A stretch of DNA of 64,000 nucleotides from Octopus vulgaris (Eukaryota). The notes under the pieces are model-generated. The model was given only the letters and a program-made list of their open reading frames with translations. It had not been told where the DNA came from and made no database searches. Every line of letters starts with the position of its first letter. Position 1 is the stretch's first letter. The translations under genes were made by a program, and so were the position numbers. The stretch covers positions 118,172,001 through 118,236,000 of the forward strand of contig OX597817.1 in NCBI GenBank assembly GCA_951406725.2, given 5' to 3'. Of the stretch, positions 14,502 to 28,493 are shown piece by piece.

Positions 14502-15776
14502 ATGTATGTATGTATGTATGCATGTATGCATGTATATGTATATGTATGTACAGTGAGAGAGACAGACAGATAGACACATATGTAGACTACGGGTTTTGCA
14601 CAAATTCCCTTAACCAAATCACTCAGAAAACATACATCGGCAATCACATACACGAACATCATTATAGTTATCACGCGACACTTTTTATTAGTATTTATTA
14701 TTAATTATTGTAGCCCTTGTTGTATAAGCATATGATGAGACCAAGAGTATCTATCTACATCCTGAGAGATGTACCGTCTTGCAAAATTTCTCTTGGTGGC
14801 CATGAAAGTAGATAACATTTTCTCTAGGTATCCTCTAATGAAACAGAACCTATAACTATTTAGTAGTGAAGAAAAGTTCTTAACCACATAGCCATGATTA
14901 ACCTAATTGTAAACGTTGAAGCGAAAGAATTATTTTGAAAAGAACTTTCTAATAAAGTTTGGTGAAGAAATAAAAAAAAATGCAGCCTGAGGTTACAGAA
15001 GCCATAGAAGACATCAATAAAATCTGTTGCATTCAACGATATCTAGAATATACGATGGAAATGTATGTTGTTTGACGCTCAAGATATGTAGTCTACTGGT
15101 GTAGGGAAGATGGTGCGGTCGAATAACTGAAACTGAGACACAAACAAAATCCGAAGGATACTATGGTGCTTTTAGAATATTTGAATTAAGTATTGCGCGT
15201 AAGTGGACACAAGTGTGAACAGATCTGAATGTACAGAGGGAAATGCAGACACCAGAAAATCAGCATGCGGCTGTCGTTCATAAATAGGCAGTGATACAAA
15301 CAAACGTTGAAACACTCCAATGATAGCGAAAAAAAAAGAAATTTTAATTATTCAATTACATTTCTTGCATACGCAAGTGAATTAAAGTGTAAAACATGCA
15401 GCTTCGACCAATTTATATATTTATATCTTTATTTTGTATTGATTTTCATACAATTTAAATGGTACTTTAAAATGTTAATATCCTAACGTCTAAACATCAA
15501 ATGGTAATTTTTATATGTATTCATATATTTGAAAATTTCGGAGGTGTATCGGCACGCACTTGTAAGAAACTCACCCCCACCATACATATATATATATCAG
15601 TTCAGTAAAATTTAGATTCAGTTGAATAAAGTACTTAAGTTAAGGGCACCAGAATTTAGTATAGTATTATCTATATAATCCATATAATTCAAAATAGGGT
15701 GATTATAATCAAAATAAGCAACATTACCGTTACCTCTGGATATCCTTGTTGCTTATGTTGATTATATATATATATA

Positions 15777-15839
<63 letters not shown>

Positions 15840-16679
15840 CTATAGTATGAATGTATAGCTATATATATCATATGTATGTGTGTGTTTGTATATATATGTT
15901 GACAGAATAGGGAAACAGACAGACAGAAAGAGCGAAGAGAGAGAGAGAGAGATATTTTAACAAAAGGATCCAGTAAGGAACCAGATATATCAAAATGGCG
16001 CACGTCAGATTGACCCTATCAGACATTTAAGCTGTCTATTACCATAGCACAGAATACATCGCTGAGAGAAAGTTCGCTGGTGTTTGATAATCCACAATTC
16101 TAATACAATCCAAAGATGCATGGAACCTTAAGTGTATCGTAAAATCATGGAAACCGACGAATGGATGACAATGTTACTGCTACAATTTTCATTAAATGAC
16201 TGTATTGCACCATAAATATGATACCGTGAGGTATGTACAGCACCCATGAGAATATGTAATATGTAACGCAACTCTCAGCGTATCAGCTTACCAGAATCAA
16301 TAATTCATCAACAAGATGATGGGATATTACTGTAAATAACCAAATGTCATACCTGGTGAAAAGATTTTAATGGGTGACCCAAATATGAGTCGTGGAATTT
16401 TCACAAGTACTACAAAATGTTATCTGCTTTGAAGAAAGAAAACTCATTAATCATTTTACCGCTTTATATCATAAAAATCTTCATCTAATTTTACCTAGTT
16501 ACATGTCTGGCATTCATTTTCAGCTGCTTTTTTTTTTCATTTTGTCTAGGTTTATAATCGTTGTAGGTATGTTTCCGGAATTATATTATTGCACTTTGAT
16601 TCAACACGCAAGGAATTTGGTATGAAGTAGTAAGAATTACAATTGTTGAAGCTTGTATGAATGCTATTTCTCCGGCAGA

Positions 16680-16945
16680 TGATGGTGACGAGGAGGAGGA
16701 GGAGGAGAGGAGAAGGGGAGAAGGAGGAGTTGGGAGATGGAGAAGAGGAGGGGATGTGGGAAGCAGGAAGGGGAATGGAGGAGGAGGAGCATGGGATGAT
16801 GCGAAGGAGGGAAGAAGAGAAGGAGGATGAGGGGAGAAAGCGAAGGAGGAGAAGGCGGTGGTGGTGGAGGACGAGGAGGAGGAGGGGTGGAGCATGGACA
16901 GGAGGAGAAGGCGGAATATATTGTTGTTCAGGAGAAGGTGGATGA
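16680..16945 (+). repeat. Purine-rich GGA/GAG low-complexity tract
   Basis: Direct inspection. Confidence 0.85.
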
Positions 16946-19203
16946 AATTGTTCAGCCTGATAGAGCTGTGGTGGCTGTATAATTTTAAATATTTAACATT
17001 TGACGTTTTGACATTTCCAAGAGTGGCGTGGGACTCTTATATTTTTACAAAATGTTTTCAATCAGTATTTGTGGATGACGTTGTATAAATTTGGAAATTT
17101 TTTACATGTTCTGAAATCTCAAATCACACGAATTTGATTTCTGTTTTTTTTTTCTCTTGACAAGGAAGCAAGGTAATTTTAACAGAATACTTGTTATCCA
17201 TTCCAGTCCTAGCTATAATGAAGAATTAAGCTACTTGCTTTAAAAAATAACTCTCCCTCTCTCTCTTTCTCTTTCTCTCTCTCTCTCTCTCTCGCTATAT
17301 ATATATACATACATAACCATTTAGGAGACATGAAGAAGTAATTTAATACAACTTTCATTGAGCGATTTCGCTTCAGTAGAAAATATGATTTCCTATGTTC
17401 AAAGTACAGTAGAAAAATAAAGTGCATATTCAATATGATTATGGTTGATAAATGTTTAATGAGATAGGGAAGTTGCTTTCAGTTATGACATTTAAAAACA
17501 TATAATCCAATTAAAAGCATTATCTTTGGCGCGATACGACAGTAAACATATTCCGACAAAATACTAAAAATGAAAATAAGTTCATGGAGTGTCATTTTAA
17601 TATATTGGTATTTATCAGTAGATCTGCCTGTACGTGTATATGTGTGCAGCTATATACTTCAATATTGTATATGCATGTTTTCTGAGTTCTCTATATGATA
17701 TTATATGAGCGACTTCCTATGTACATTTATCTTTGATTCGCTTTTATATTTGTTATATGAATTAATGTTGTTTAGCTTTTTTTATTTTCTCGTCATGATA
17801 TTCACGTATAAATGAAGTTAAAACTTTATTACAGGGTTTTGATCATTAATAATAATGGTGTTACGTAAATCAAATAGATGTCGACATGATAGATTGTGAT
17901 GTCCATGTTGTTGCTAGTATTCTTGGTGCCGTTGTTTAGATTTCAGCTCGACAGGCAATCCAACGAAGGCCATTCCGTCTTCTTCGATAAAGCCATGACT
18001 ACGTTACTTGTTATTTGCGTCGCTTCCTTAAGGTGCGGTCTCTTTTGATACTGATGCCTTCCCAGAAGTCTCCTCTCTTCCAAAGACTACATACAATCTA
18101 GAAGTCGGTTCAAGGGGAAGATACCGTCTTACACTAAGAAAACATATGGAAAGATATGCGAAAGTGATATGGCTGAAGATGTCGTCTGAAAGTGAAGATG
18201 GCAGCAATATTGAAAGGAAATTAAAAAACGTATTACAATACGTTGCATCATTTTTGTATTCAAAATTGCATTGTCTCAACATTAGTATAAGTATCATTCT
18301 ACCACGTAGTTCCAAGTTAACGCTTAAATAATTTCTCACTGCCTTCTTCAATTAAATGCGTCCCCTAGGTTATGTTTCACTATAAGTATATTTACATGTC
18401 ATTTATGTTATTACAGTAGCGCGTGGGGAGGTATTATAGACAAACGTGTTATTAAATAGGGCTACCTAGGAATCGAAATTAAATACTAGATTTAGTTTTC
18501 TGTCACAGTAAACGTTACTCACTCTGCGATGCTCACGTATATTACTTTCTCGTCATGTATGTAATCCAGACGTAAACAAACACAAAATGCGCTGAACAAC
18601 GATGCAGTGTTTAAATTAAACTTCTAAGAAAAGGAAGTATAACAAGTTTTCGCTATTATATGACAAGTCTAAAGGTTTGGTGCGGACTCTACTACTAACA
18701 ACATGTTTTTTTTCCTTCCAGTTTTCTTTGATACAAAGATGACCAAACCACTGAAACGAACCTAATAGCAAGAAATATTAGTCTTTTGATGTTCTACTAG
18801 CGGCAAAACACTAAATCAACTAACAGATGTTTTCATTTATAATCATTCGTTGTAGCACTATACTTCAATATTCTTTTTCTCTCTATCCATTATCCTCTAA
18901 TTCCTTCGTCTTCTCCATTTCCTGTCCTCCTCCGCTCTCACTTTCTCTCCTCCTCTCTCTCTCTTTATGTCACTCTTTCTCTTTTTCTCTCTCCATCTCT
19001 CTGTCTCTCTTACAAATATATGCATAACTACACAGGAACATACAAATATTTATTTATACACACACAAACACATATAATCATAAATGTGCACGTATATGTG
19101 TATAGATATTTATACAAAGCATATACATGTTTATACATATATGCATACATATACATATATAAACGCATATAGAAAAATCCACGCAGACACACACATACGC
19201 ACA

Positions 19204-19240
<37 letters not shown>

Positions 19241-20320
19241 GCATAAACACATATCTTTTTCGGTTTTTCTGCACACTTCGTTTCTAACATTATTAGAGGA
19301 TTGAGTTGTGCTTTCATCCATCTGAAGTCGGTAAAATAATGAGCAGTATTATATTGGCGTTGAGTCATTCGATTATTGGCTTTAGAAAATCAGCCTTGTC
19401 TATCTGTCTCTTTTTCGCTCCCTCTCTTCCTCTCTCATTTTCTCCTCCCATCAATCTCTATCTTTTCTACTGTCCTTCTTTGTCTCTAAAAAAAAAAGTT
19501 CTTTTACATATATTTTTCTGAATATTTATCTCAATATTTTTACCATAGTTTTGCTGACATCTCTTTTTCATGTCAGTCGTTTTAACTCTATGTCAATCGT
19601 GTTCTTTTTTTTTTCCTATTCTCACTCACGGTATATCTAACATTTATGTCTTCATAGATCAAAATTACGGACAAAATCCTACTACTCGCATATGTCCTCC
19701 ATATTTCAACAAATTTATCAAGACAGAAGAGCTAAATTCATGCACGTTCTGTCAAATATTCTTAACAAATGTTCATCATATTACGACGAACACTATTCCA
19801 CAAGTACCAACACCATCTAAACAAGAAAAATATAATGATGCATTGAATTAAGTAGATAAAGTTCAGTTATTTCCATAAATAAATGGTTGACACGCACCGG
19901 AAGTGTTTCATCAAAAGTCTCCTAAATCAGGGCTGGCCTGGCCTAAATATCAACTATTACAACAAAAGAGCCTTTTCTAGTTAGCATTATGTATTCAGTA
20001 TATACACTATACGCTGTATAACTACATTAATATCTTAACATCCTTAACACAATAATAATCACACGGGAAAAGGGAAGTATATAACATTCGTTTTAATTTT
20101 TTCATCGCTAAATGACGTGGTAACTAATGTCATTTAGACTAAGTATGTAAATAGATTATAAAAAGACTGAGAAATAATCAATACGGATGTGAGAGAGTTT
20201 ATGGTCGCAGAGATGACTTAATGACATAAGTACATTGCGAATCTCTCTCATTCACACTCTGCACACTCGCACACACACATATGTATATATGTATATGTGT
20301 CTGTGTGTCTGTGTGTCTGT

Positions 20321-20394
<74 letters not shown>

Positions 20395-20403
20395 ATATGG
20401 GTG

Positions 20404-20653
20404 TATAAATGTAATATGTGACAATTATTCGGTAGCCATAATAAAACTCCGTGTTTCGGCTGTCGGGATGGAAATGCACGCCGCCATCTCTTCAGTTGTC
20501 CGGCCATCGGAAAAAATGGCCGGATAACTGAAAAAATGCTATGAATCCGATGGCCGGATAACTGAAGAGATGGCGGCGTGGATTTCCACCTCGACATCCG
20601 AAACTCGGAGTTTTATCATGGCTACCAAATAATTGTTACATATTACATTTACA
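20404..20653. mobile_element. Head-to-head palindrome of a PLE-type pLTR with two diverging hammerheads
   Basis: Arms 20404-20511 and 20546-20653 differ at about 10 positions over ~108 bp. A partial third copy (atggccggataactgaa) sits in the spacer. Confidence 0.8.
20553..20622 (+). ncRNA. Minimal type I hammerhead motif (mirror copy on the minus strand at ~20435-20504)
   Basis: CTGAAGA at 20562-20568; imperfect long stem II (gatg..gtgga/tccac..catc); GAAA at 20600-20603; stem III ACTC-G-GAGT; triplet GUU; stem I gataa/ttatc plus gcc/ggc. Confidence 0.7.
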
Positions 20654-20720
20654 TATAAAATCTCTTTATTTACATAATATCGAGGTCTCTTTCATTCTAT
20701 TGTTGCCTTACCATTTCTAT

Positions 20721-20756
<36 letters not shown>

Positions 20757-20791
20757 GCATATACATACATTCATACATATATTTATTATAT

Positions 20792-20868
<77 letters not shown>

Positions 20869-20914
20869 CGCACATACATACATATATATATATATATATA
20901 ATTAGGAATACTGC

Positions 20915-21540
20915 ATTTCTAAATCTCTCTAGAGAGAGAGTTATACACGATAAAATTGATGTTTTGTTGCCAACCTAAGGTGGGAGTCCCAGGAAAGGGA
21001 AGAATGCTACTACTATTTAGCCCCAAAAAACACCCTCTCTAGTTGGCTACGTTATGTGCTCTTAAGTTTTCAAACAGGGGAGTTAAGCACCTCCATCCAA
21101 CAAAGCCAGCGTCCAGAAACTAGTTTCTGCCCTGTTTGAAAACTTAAACACACAGAACGCTTGTGTCACGTAGCCAACTAGAAACGGTGTTTCTTGGGGG
21201 ATAAATAGCAGTAGCATTCTTCCCTTTCCTGGAACTACCACATTAAGTTGGCAACAAACCATCACTTGATCGTGCTGCTACTACACAACTCGCTCTGAAA
21301 GAAATTTCTAATTTTGTAGATCAGTGAAATAATTTCACTTGAAATTCTACAAGTTATCAACAGCGATTTAGCACCAATAGCTCGCAAAGCCAAGCTACTC
21401 CAGACTGATGAAGGGCAACTACACTGAAACTAGTCTTTGATGCTGTGTTTGTTGGGTGGAGGTGCTTATCTCCCCTCTTTCAAAACTTAAGTACATAGCC
21501 TTCATGGGACTACCACATTAATTTGGAAACAAACCATTAC
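20915..21540. mobile_element. PLE-type pLTR cluster: inverted copy, direct copy, and third copy with HHR
   Basis: 20945-21078 is inverted relative to 21130-21274, with the perfect palindrome cagaaactagtttctg at 21114-21129 between them. Region 21440-21540 repeats the same unit downstream of the HHR. Confidence 0.75.
21401..21439 (+). ncRNA. Minimal type I hammerhead motif
   Basis: caga-CTGATGA-agggcaactacact-GAAA-ctag-TC-tttg, with palindromic stem III ACTAGT, a GUC triplet and a weak stem II. Confidence 0.75.
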
Positions 21541-21615
<75 letters not shown>

Positions 21616-21616
21616 T

Positions 21617-21990
21617 AGGCGCGGATGTGTGGTAGGAAGATTGTTGCTCAACCACATTGTTTCGGGATAGTCCCACTACATGAAACCTTGCGCAAGTGAT
21701 TTCTGCTATAGCCTCGTTGCCAACCACAACTTTGCGACGAGATTTGGTAGGTGGAAACTGAAAGAGCTCATCGTATATATATGTGTGTGTTTGTATGTGT
21801 ATGCGTGTGTGTACTACCCCACCATTTGACAAGCGGTACTGGTGTGTTTATTTCCCGTAACCCAGCGGCTCGGTAAAATACCAGTATAATAAGTTCCCGG
21901 CTTTATAGATTAGTTACTGTGGTCGATATATTCCACTAAAATTTCTGTTAAGGAAACCCCAGGCTAATGACCGAAACGAGTAAAACAAAA
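21617..21990 (+). mobile_element. tRNA-derived SINE family B, near full length
   Basis: Head aggcgcggatgtgtggtagg...; body gatttggtaggtggaaactgaaaga; internal (TG)n; tail aatgaccgaaacgagtaaaa. Confidence 0.8.
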
Positions 21991-22001
21991 CTATATATAT
22001 A

Positions 22002-22828
22002 CAAGCTTAAGGTGACCCGCTCTACGCGCGGGTAAGAGTGTGATTGTTACTTTCTGTTACTTCCTTTCTGTTTTTTCTCACCACATTCTCCCTCTTTGTT
22101 TTTCTCTCCTTTCTCTCTCACATTCTCACTCTCTTACTCTTCCTTTCTCTTGGACTATCACCGCTTTCTCTTACTCTGTATCTTTCTCTGGCTATCTCTC
22201 TAACATTTATAAACAACAAAAGATTTTGAGTAAGATGAGAAAAAATTTTTTTTTGAAATATTAATCATAAATATCAGGCAGTGACAACGGAAAGGTCTGC
22301 TTCGAGGCAGACATCATAATACTAACATTTAAAAGGGACAGACAAACTTGCGAGGTTAATAAAAAAAAAAAAAATATTGGAAACCAAAGTTTGAAGGGAT
22401 AGAATCTGAGGATAGTAGAGTCACCATTGCTGGCATTTCTTAACAACGGACAGCAACGTAGTGGCAGTTTAACGGCTGGCGTAAAATTTTTAGCTTATGT
22501 AAAAGAAAATTCCTAAACACCCACTCCTGTAAATTTTAATCTCCTTCGAACCCATGTAGAACACTTTTCACATTTTGGTTAATATAACCCGATTTCATTC
22601 GGGTCCACTCGGGTCAAATTTTATAAGATGAGGAATTTTGTCCTAGATGTCACGCATTTCATTTGAGGAAAAAAATAGTTGCCATGCAAACTCGCCAGCA
22701 CTTTTAACATAAATGTGCATATTTTCAGCTCAACCGACCACATAATGCACACATTATATATATATATATATATATGTGCGTGTGTATGTGTGTGTGTGTG
22801 TACGCATTATATATACAAATGTATATAA

Positions 22829-22882
<54 letters not shown>

Positions 22883-23288
22883 CATATATATATATATATA
22901 TAAATACAGATATATACACTTTGTATATATACATTATATATACATAATCATATATAGAACACACACACACGGATATATAAATTAACCCAATATATATCTG
23001 ATTCATAATATTTATTCTCATGATTGTGTGGTGGTGGTGGGGATAATAATTCTCTCAATGAATGCAGACAGACGTAGAAAGAGGGAGAGAGAGAGAAAGG
23101 ATGTGGGAAAGAGAGTTTAGGCGGCTGGGGAGATATAGTAGACGCTATCAAACGACGTTATAGAGATAACGTGAAAGGAAGGGAGGAAAGAGAGAGAGAC
23201 GGAGGAAGTCAAGCAGATAAGAGAATGAGAGAAGACTTGTCAAAGTGTGCGTTTTATGCCCTAGTAACCACACCTTTTATGATAGGGA
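22002..23288 (-). mobile_element. Non-autonomous Helitron-like element, copy 1
   Basis: The minus strand begins A|TC and ends with the hairpin acccgc-N7-gcgggt about 9 nt before a CTAG-like terminus (CTTG here). Collinear with 44912-46191. Confidence 0.7.
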
Positions 23289-23479
23289 TTTATAACCTAG
23301 GCCACTAACATCCTCATCTGATTTTACATGTTCCTGTAAATTTTGGAGTTAATCCGACGGGATCTAATGTCAAACCCAGACAAACAAACTTTCTGGATTT
23401 CGGATATATAGAAATTGATAAACATAACAGATAAGACTAAGCACTTAGAACAATACAAACTTGAAACTACCTTTGCTTG

Positions 23480-24378
23480 GACATTTCTCCTAGATGTACG
23501 TGGCATCAACCCATTACTCACTGCCCAAAATTGGAGCATCTCTTACATAGAAAGTTGGCCTGCCGAAACGCACACTCCATCACTTCCTTTATCCTTACTT
23601 AAATTCACCGAAACAGCACTCACATGTTTGCCAGGGTTAAAATAAAAGATTTCACCTTCATCGGTGCAGGCTCAAATAAAATAGGAATGGCTATCTTGCT
23701 CCATGACTACTTTGCAGTTGATGCCAAGGATATGATTTTCAATGGCTATTCAATCACTATTCAACAACGCCAACGACATAACCATTGTTGGTCTCTACAG
23801 GTTCCCGAAAGTGCTTTGAAGAACGCCTTAACAACATCAAATCCTTCCTTCAAAAATACAACTCCGGAAACATACTAGTGATGGGTGATTTTAATCTCTC
23901 TCATATAAATTGGCCCACAAATACTCTGAAGATAGTTAACTGTACTACACCAAACAAAGCAGCAACAGAACTACTCTTTAATCTTATTGATGAATTTTTC
24001 CTGGCACAGTTAGTACTCGAACCAGCAAGACAGAATAAAAGGACTTTGTATCTAATATTAACAAACCACTCTAGCTCCATTCATAGCATTTTAGTTAAAA
24101 ACACTCTCCTCTTGGACCATGGCAAGAGACCCTACAACTTCAATTTCTGGCATATCAAAGCCAAACCAGACAATCCCACTCCACTGCACTTATTTGAAAA
24201 CATAAACCTCCATAAGGTGGACTGAGGAGCAATCAGAAAGGATCACATCACCTTTAAACGGAATCTAGACAAATGTGTTCAAGGGATATCAGATAACCCT
24301 CCTTTACCTGGATACAACTTATTCAGCAAGAACTCCTTACTCGAATGGACTAGGATACCAGAAAATGCGACTTCTAAG

Positions 24379-24379
<1 letters not shown>
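23480..24379 (+). mobile_element. Internally deleted CR1-group LINE (APE domain fused to the ORF2 3' end)
   Basis: APE motifs ILVMGDFNLSHINW, LAQLVLEPAR, TLYLILTN and LLDH. After NLHKVD at ~24237 it jumps to KDHITFKRNLDK..DNPP..KNSLLEW, homologous to 36420-36525. Confidence 0.85.
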
Positions 24380-24413
<34 letters not shown>

Positions 24414-25070
24414 CACACACACACATACACACATACACACATACACACGCACTAATACACTATTTATTAAAGCTGAACACTTTTGAGTGACAGTTAGTGA
24501 AGACATTGTTTAGCTTTAATACATACCACATCACTCTACCATTGGTATTCGAGTACTATGTTTCCCAACTTATTTTCCATTAATGTGTTTACCTGCGTAT
24601 GTGTATGTATGTATATATATATATATATATATATGTACGTCGGTAAATATAACATGCTATTTACAAATAATATTTTTTACGTTATACTTGACGAAGATAT
24701 ATTGTAGAAAGCTGGAAAATACTGATTTCATCTATAGATGTATAGTACAAAAGAAAAGCACAGAAACATGGCAGTAGCAGATGTTAACTCTCTACCGGCG
24801 TAGTGGAATTGCTAAATGCATATTTCTGCGTCCGTGGTCACTATGACTAGCAAACGTCCACTACCAACTGCAAGTCAAATTAGGCCTACTCCGAAATAGG
24901 AAGACAGTTAATAAAAAAATCACTGATGTAAATTGCCACAGTTATCAGAATATATGAAATTGTTTAAACATTTAGCATATTCGAATTTTCAGGTAATATT
25001 ATCTTTGAAAAAATGTCAAATATATCAATGAAATAGAATCATAAACAAATTTATATATAAGAAAATGAAA

Positions 25071-25150
<80 letters not shown>

Positions 25151-26481
25151 TTATATATATGTATATATATGCATATATATATATATATATGTATTTATAT
25201 ATATATATATATATATGCATATATATATATATATACACACACACGCAAATATATATGTATATATATCTACATATATATGTACACACACACATACATACAT
25301 ACATACACACCTATATGTGTGTGTGTAGAGAGAGAGAGACAGACAGATAGACAGACAGACAGACAGACAGATAATGAGAGATGTGTAAGAACTCTAAATG
25401 GAGGCTACCAACAGCAAGTACGCTTATTCGACTGCATTTACTTCACCTATTCCCCGGTGACCGTGGATCTTATATAAATAGATCGGTGACAGAAAATGGA
25501 ATTCACAATATTTTTATTCCAATTCATAACTGTTTCAACTCATCAGCTCTTTACCTCACAGATTAGGTGCGATACAATTTATTGTCATGCGTTATAAATG
25601 CTGATTGCGTTTCTTCAGTTGACTTCCAATCAAGAACCTCGCTCCTTCTCTCAATTAAAATCTTTATGTTTAGGTTGGCTAATACATTCTAGCAGTTTCT
25701 ACATGCTAAGTTTTATTTCTAACTTAACACCAAGATTTTTGGTTTACACTAACAAGGTATCCACTTATTCCTTCTTATATTAATACTGCTTCTGTCACTA
25801 TTAATTATCTTGAAATACCTTGCTCGCTATTTGCGAAATCAGAGTTTCAGACAATGCTGAAATTCTATAGAGCGCATCAACGTGTTCTGACTGGCATCAG
25901 GGAGGCGGTACTTCCTACTGAGTGGGTCCAATAGACTGAAATCACGTGATATGAAATTGTTGGTGCCCGTGACCGATAAATTTCGTCTGCTTCGATGTAT
26001 GTGTATGCTTTTTAGACGCCTAACTGTTAGGATCTTTCGAGGATAGTAACGCAGTATCCGGTGTTCTAAAAAGGCTCCCATGTCACGTTGTATCAAACGA
26101 TTACTTTTTGGTTGCTAATTATGTATGGTTGTATGTATGTGTGTATGTATGTATATAGGTAGGTAGGCAGGTAGGCAGGCAGGAAGGCAGGCATGTGTGT
26201 CTGTGTGTGTGTGTGTGTTTGTTTGATGCAGGAAATGGATGATAGATTAAGTACGAATCTTTAGACACACGTATAAAGAAACATACACAAGTTTGTGCTA
26301 ATTCCATCTTCCGTTTTTTTATCAATTATAACTTCACAAAATACAGCGGATTTCCTGATGTAGTCCAGTGAATATCATATCGTAACTGTGGTTGACATCA
26401 GGTAGTCCAAACAGTAAATGATCTTTAATCTACATACTAATAAACAAATTCCCAAAGTCCAAATACTCACACACACACACA

Positions 26482-26570
<89 letters not shown>

Positions 26571-26716
26571 TATTTATAAGTAAAAGCAAAAGAAACAATC
26601 TCTAATGCCAAGATATGCTGAAAATAGACACAACGTCAATAACCATGTAATTTATCACTACAAGCACGCGTTTCGAAGAAAGCCGACAGAAATTTCTAAA
26701 AAATCCCGTTATTACC

Positions 26717-26772
26717 ATATCGGACCCGATTTCAGAGTTAGTTCATAAGAACCTTCCCTTCATCAGTGATAA
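26717..26772 (-). ncRNA. Hammerhead-like motif
   Basis: Minus strand reads tatca-CTGATGA-agggaaggttcttatgaactaactct-GAAA-tcggg-TC-cgata. Stems are imperfect. Confidence 0.55.
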
Positions 26773-27057
26773 ATGCGGTAAAGAAATAAATAAAATACTT
26801 ACTTATACCCATGGAAGAATTTAACCTTTAAAGGTATTTTTTAATATGCTGGCCATTGATAAAATTGTTTTCGAAAAATTGTATATTAGATATATATATA
26901 TATATATATATATTTAACATTACACATAAATAGAGGTATTTTTGTTAATTTTTGATCTACACTGAATGCAAACACTTTTTCTTCATCTTACGCTAACGAA
27001 GCAATAATATATATATATATATTATATATACAATTATATATACAATAATATATAAAG

Positions 27058-27276
27058 CTAGTGGAGCGCGTACTTGCGCGTACAAATGCACGTCCCACAG
27101 CTTTATCGATCACCTTCTCACATGGAATCGATTTTTGTAATTTTTGCAAGACGTATACTCGCCCTGATACGGTCGGTATCTACATATCAAATTTGAGCGC
27201 AATCGGATGAAGGATGCCCGAGATCCTAGAAGACACACAGGCAGATATATAGACAGATCGGATTTTATATAATAGA
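27058..27276 (-). mobile_element. ~220-bp mini-Helitron
   Basis: The minus strand starts A|TCTATTATATAAAA and ends CTAG, preceded by a GC-rich cgcg hairpin. The internal caaatttgagcgcaatcgg and ACAG repeats are typical of short invertebrate Helitrons. Confidence 0.7.
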
Positions 27277-27298
27277 TTACGTATGTGTGTTTGCTTAA

Positions 27299-27337
<39 letters not shown>

Positions 27338-28148
27338 CTTATGTATGTGCGTGTGCTTATATATATATAAATAATTGTATGTATATTTCTCTTAAATATT
27401 GTGAAACGTCCAGTAATTCGGAGATAAAAATTTTGTGAAGAGAATTGTCTTTCTAGCAAATGGAGTTGTATCAAAGAGGTAACGTCGTTGCATCTCATAT
27501 ATATTTATGTTCGTGAGTAAGATAGTGTACATGTGTAAGCAATGGAGGCCTCTTTAGAATAATTGTTCAGACCTAAATTTCAGCAAAACAAAATAATGCG
27601 ACAGGAACATTGAAATATTCCGTGCAAGCTTTAAAGCTATTTCCACTAAATTTAATGCAAGTCTGCCAACAAAAATACACACACAACTAGAAAGGAATAC
27701 ATTGTAGCATATTCAATATCTTCAAAATATAAGCGGAAATTGAAATCATTATCGGCTGCTGAATTTGATCGTGTTTCATTATATTTCAGTGGTCAATTTT
27801 ATCATCAAAATACTTTTAGATTATAACTTTATATGACGATGATAAATCTAATATAGTAACACTTTTACAACCAATCATGTAAAGCCCTCATTATATCCGT
27901 CATGCAATATAGCAGTTATCATGAAACAGAAGATAAATTTCTATAACTATTCTTATTCTGAACATAATCGCATACTCAACAAAGGAAACTATGTTACGAT
28001 TGAATTTGATACGTCATCCTTTTGAATTACAAGGTATTTGGCAACTTCGTTATTTGATAATATATAATAATACATATGATTTGATGCCCACTTATATCTT
28101 TAGCGTTTATATTATACGACAGATGTACACACTTGCTGAAACGTATCA

Positions 28149-28188
<40 letters not shown>

Positions 28189-28277
28189 TATCGGAGAAAT
28201 TAATTAATTCATATTTGGCTAATTGGCATAAATCAATAGACAGTGCATTTTCAGAAATATTTTTGTGTAATGCTAGA

Positions 28278-28493
28278 TATCGATTTCAAATTTTGGCTCA
28301 ATGCCTGCAAGATCGGAGCAGGGAATAACTCGATTACGTCGACCCTCGGTGCTCAACCGGTGCTTATTTCACTAACCCCGGCAATGTAAACGGCGAGGTA
28401 GATCTCAACGGCGTTTGAATTCTGAACACATAGACGTACGAAATGCCGCTAGGTATTTTACCTAGCGTGATTACTATTTGCCAACTCGCACCT
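28278..28493 (-). mobile_element. SINE family A, degenerate
   Basis: Reverse complement aligns to 57443-57610 and to the tail of 51930-52147. Confidence 0.75.

Noticed and set aside
15704-15766. Short hairpins (also 63433-63501) as pre-miRNAs
   Set aside because: The inverted repeats are real but short, with large loops and no supporting evidence. They are more likely TE debris.
16661-16945. Arg/Glu-rich ORF
   Set aside because: A GGA low-complexity tract, with no evidence of coding.
24218-24250. CTGAGGA-gcaatca-GAAA-gga-TC hammerhead-like string
   Set aside because: Stems II and III are not supported, and it lies at a LINE deletion junction, so it is a chance match.
25524-25552. Minus-strand CTGATGA-gtt-GAAA-cag
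   Set aside because: No stem II and no closing stem I.
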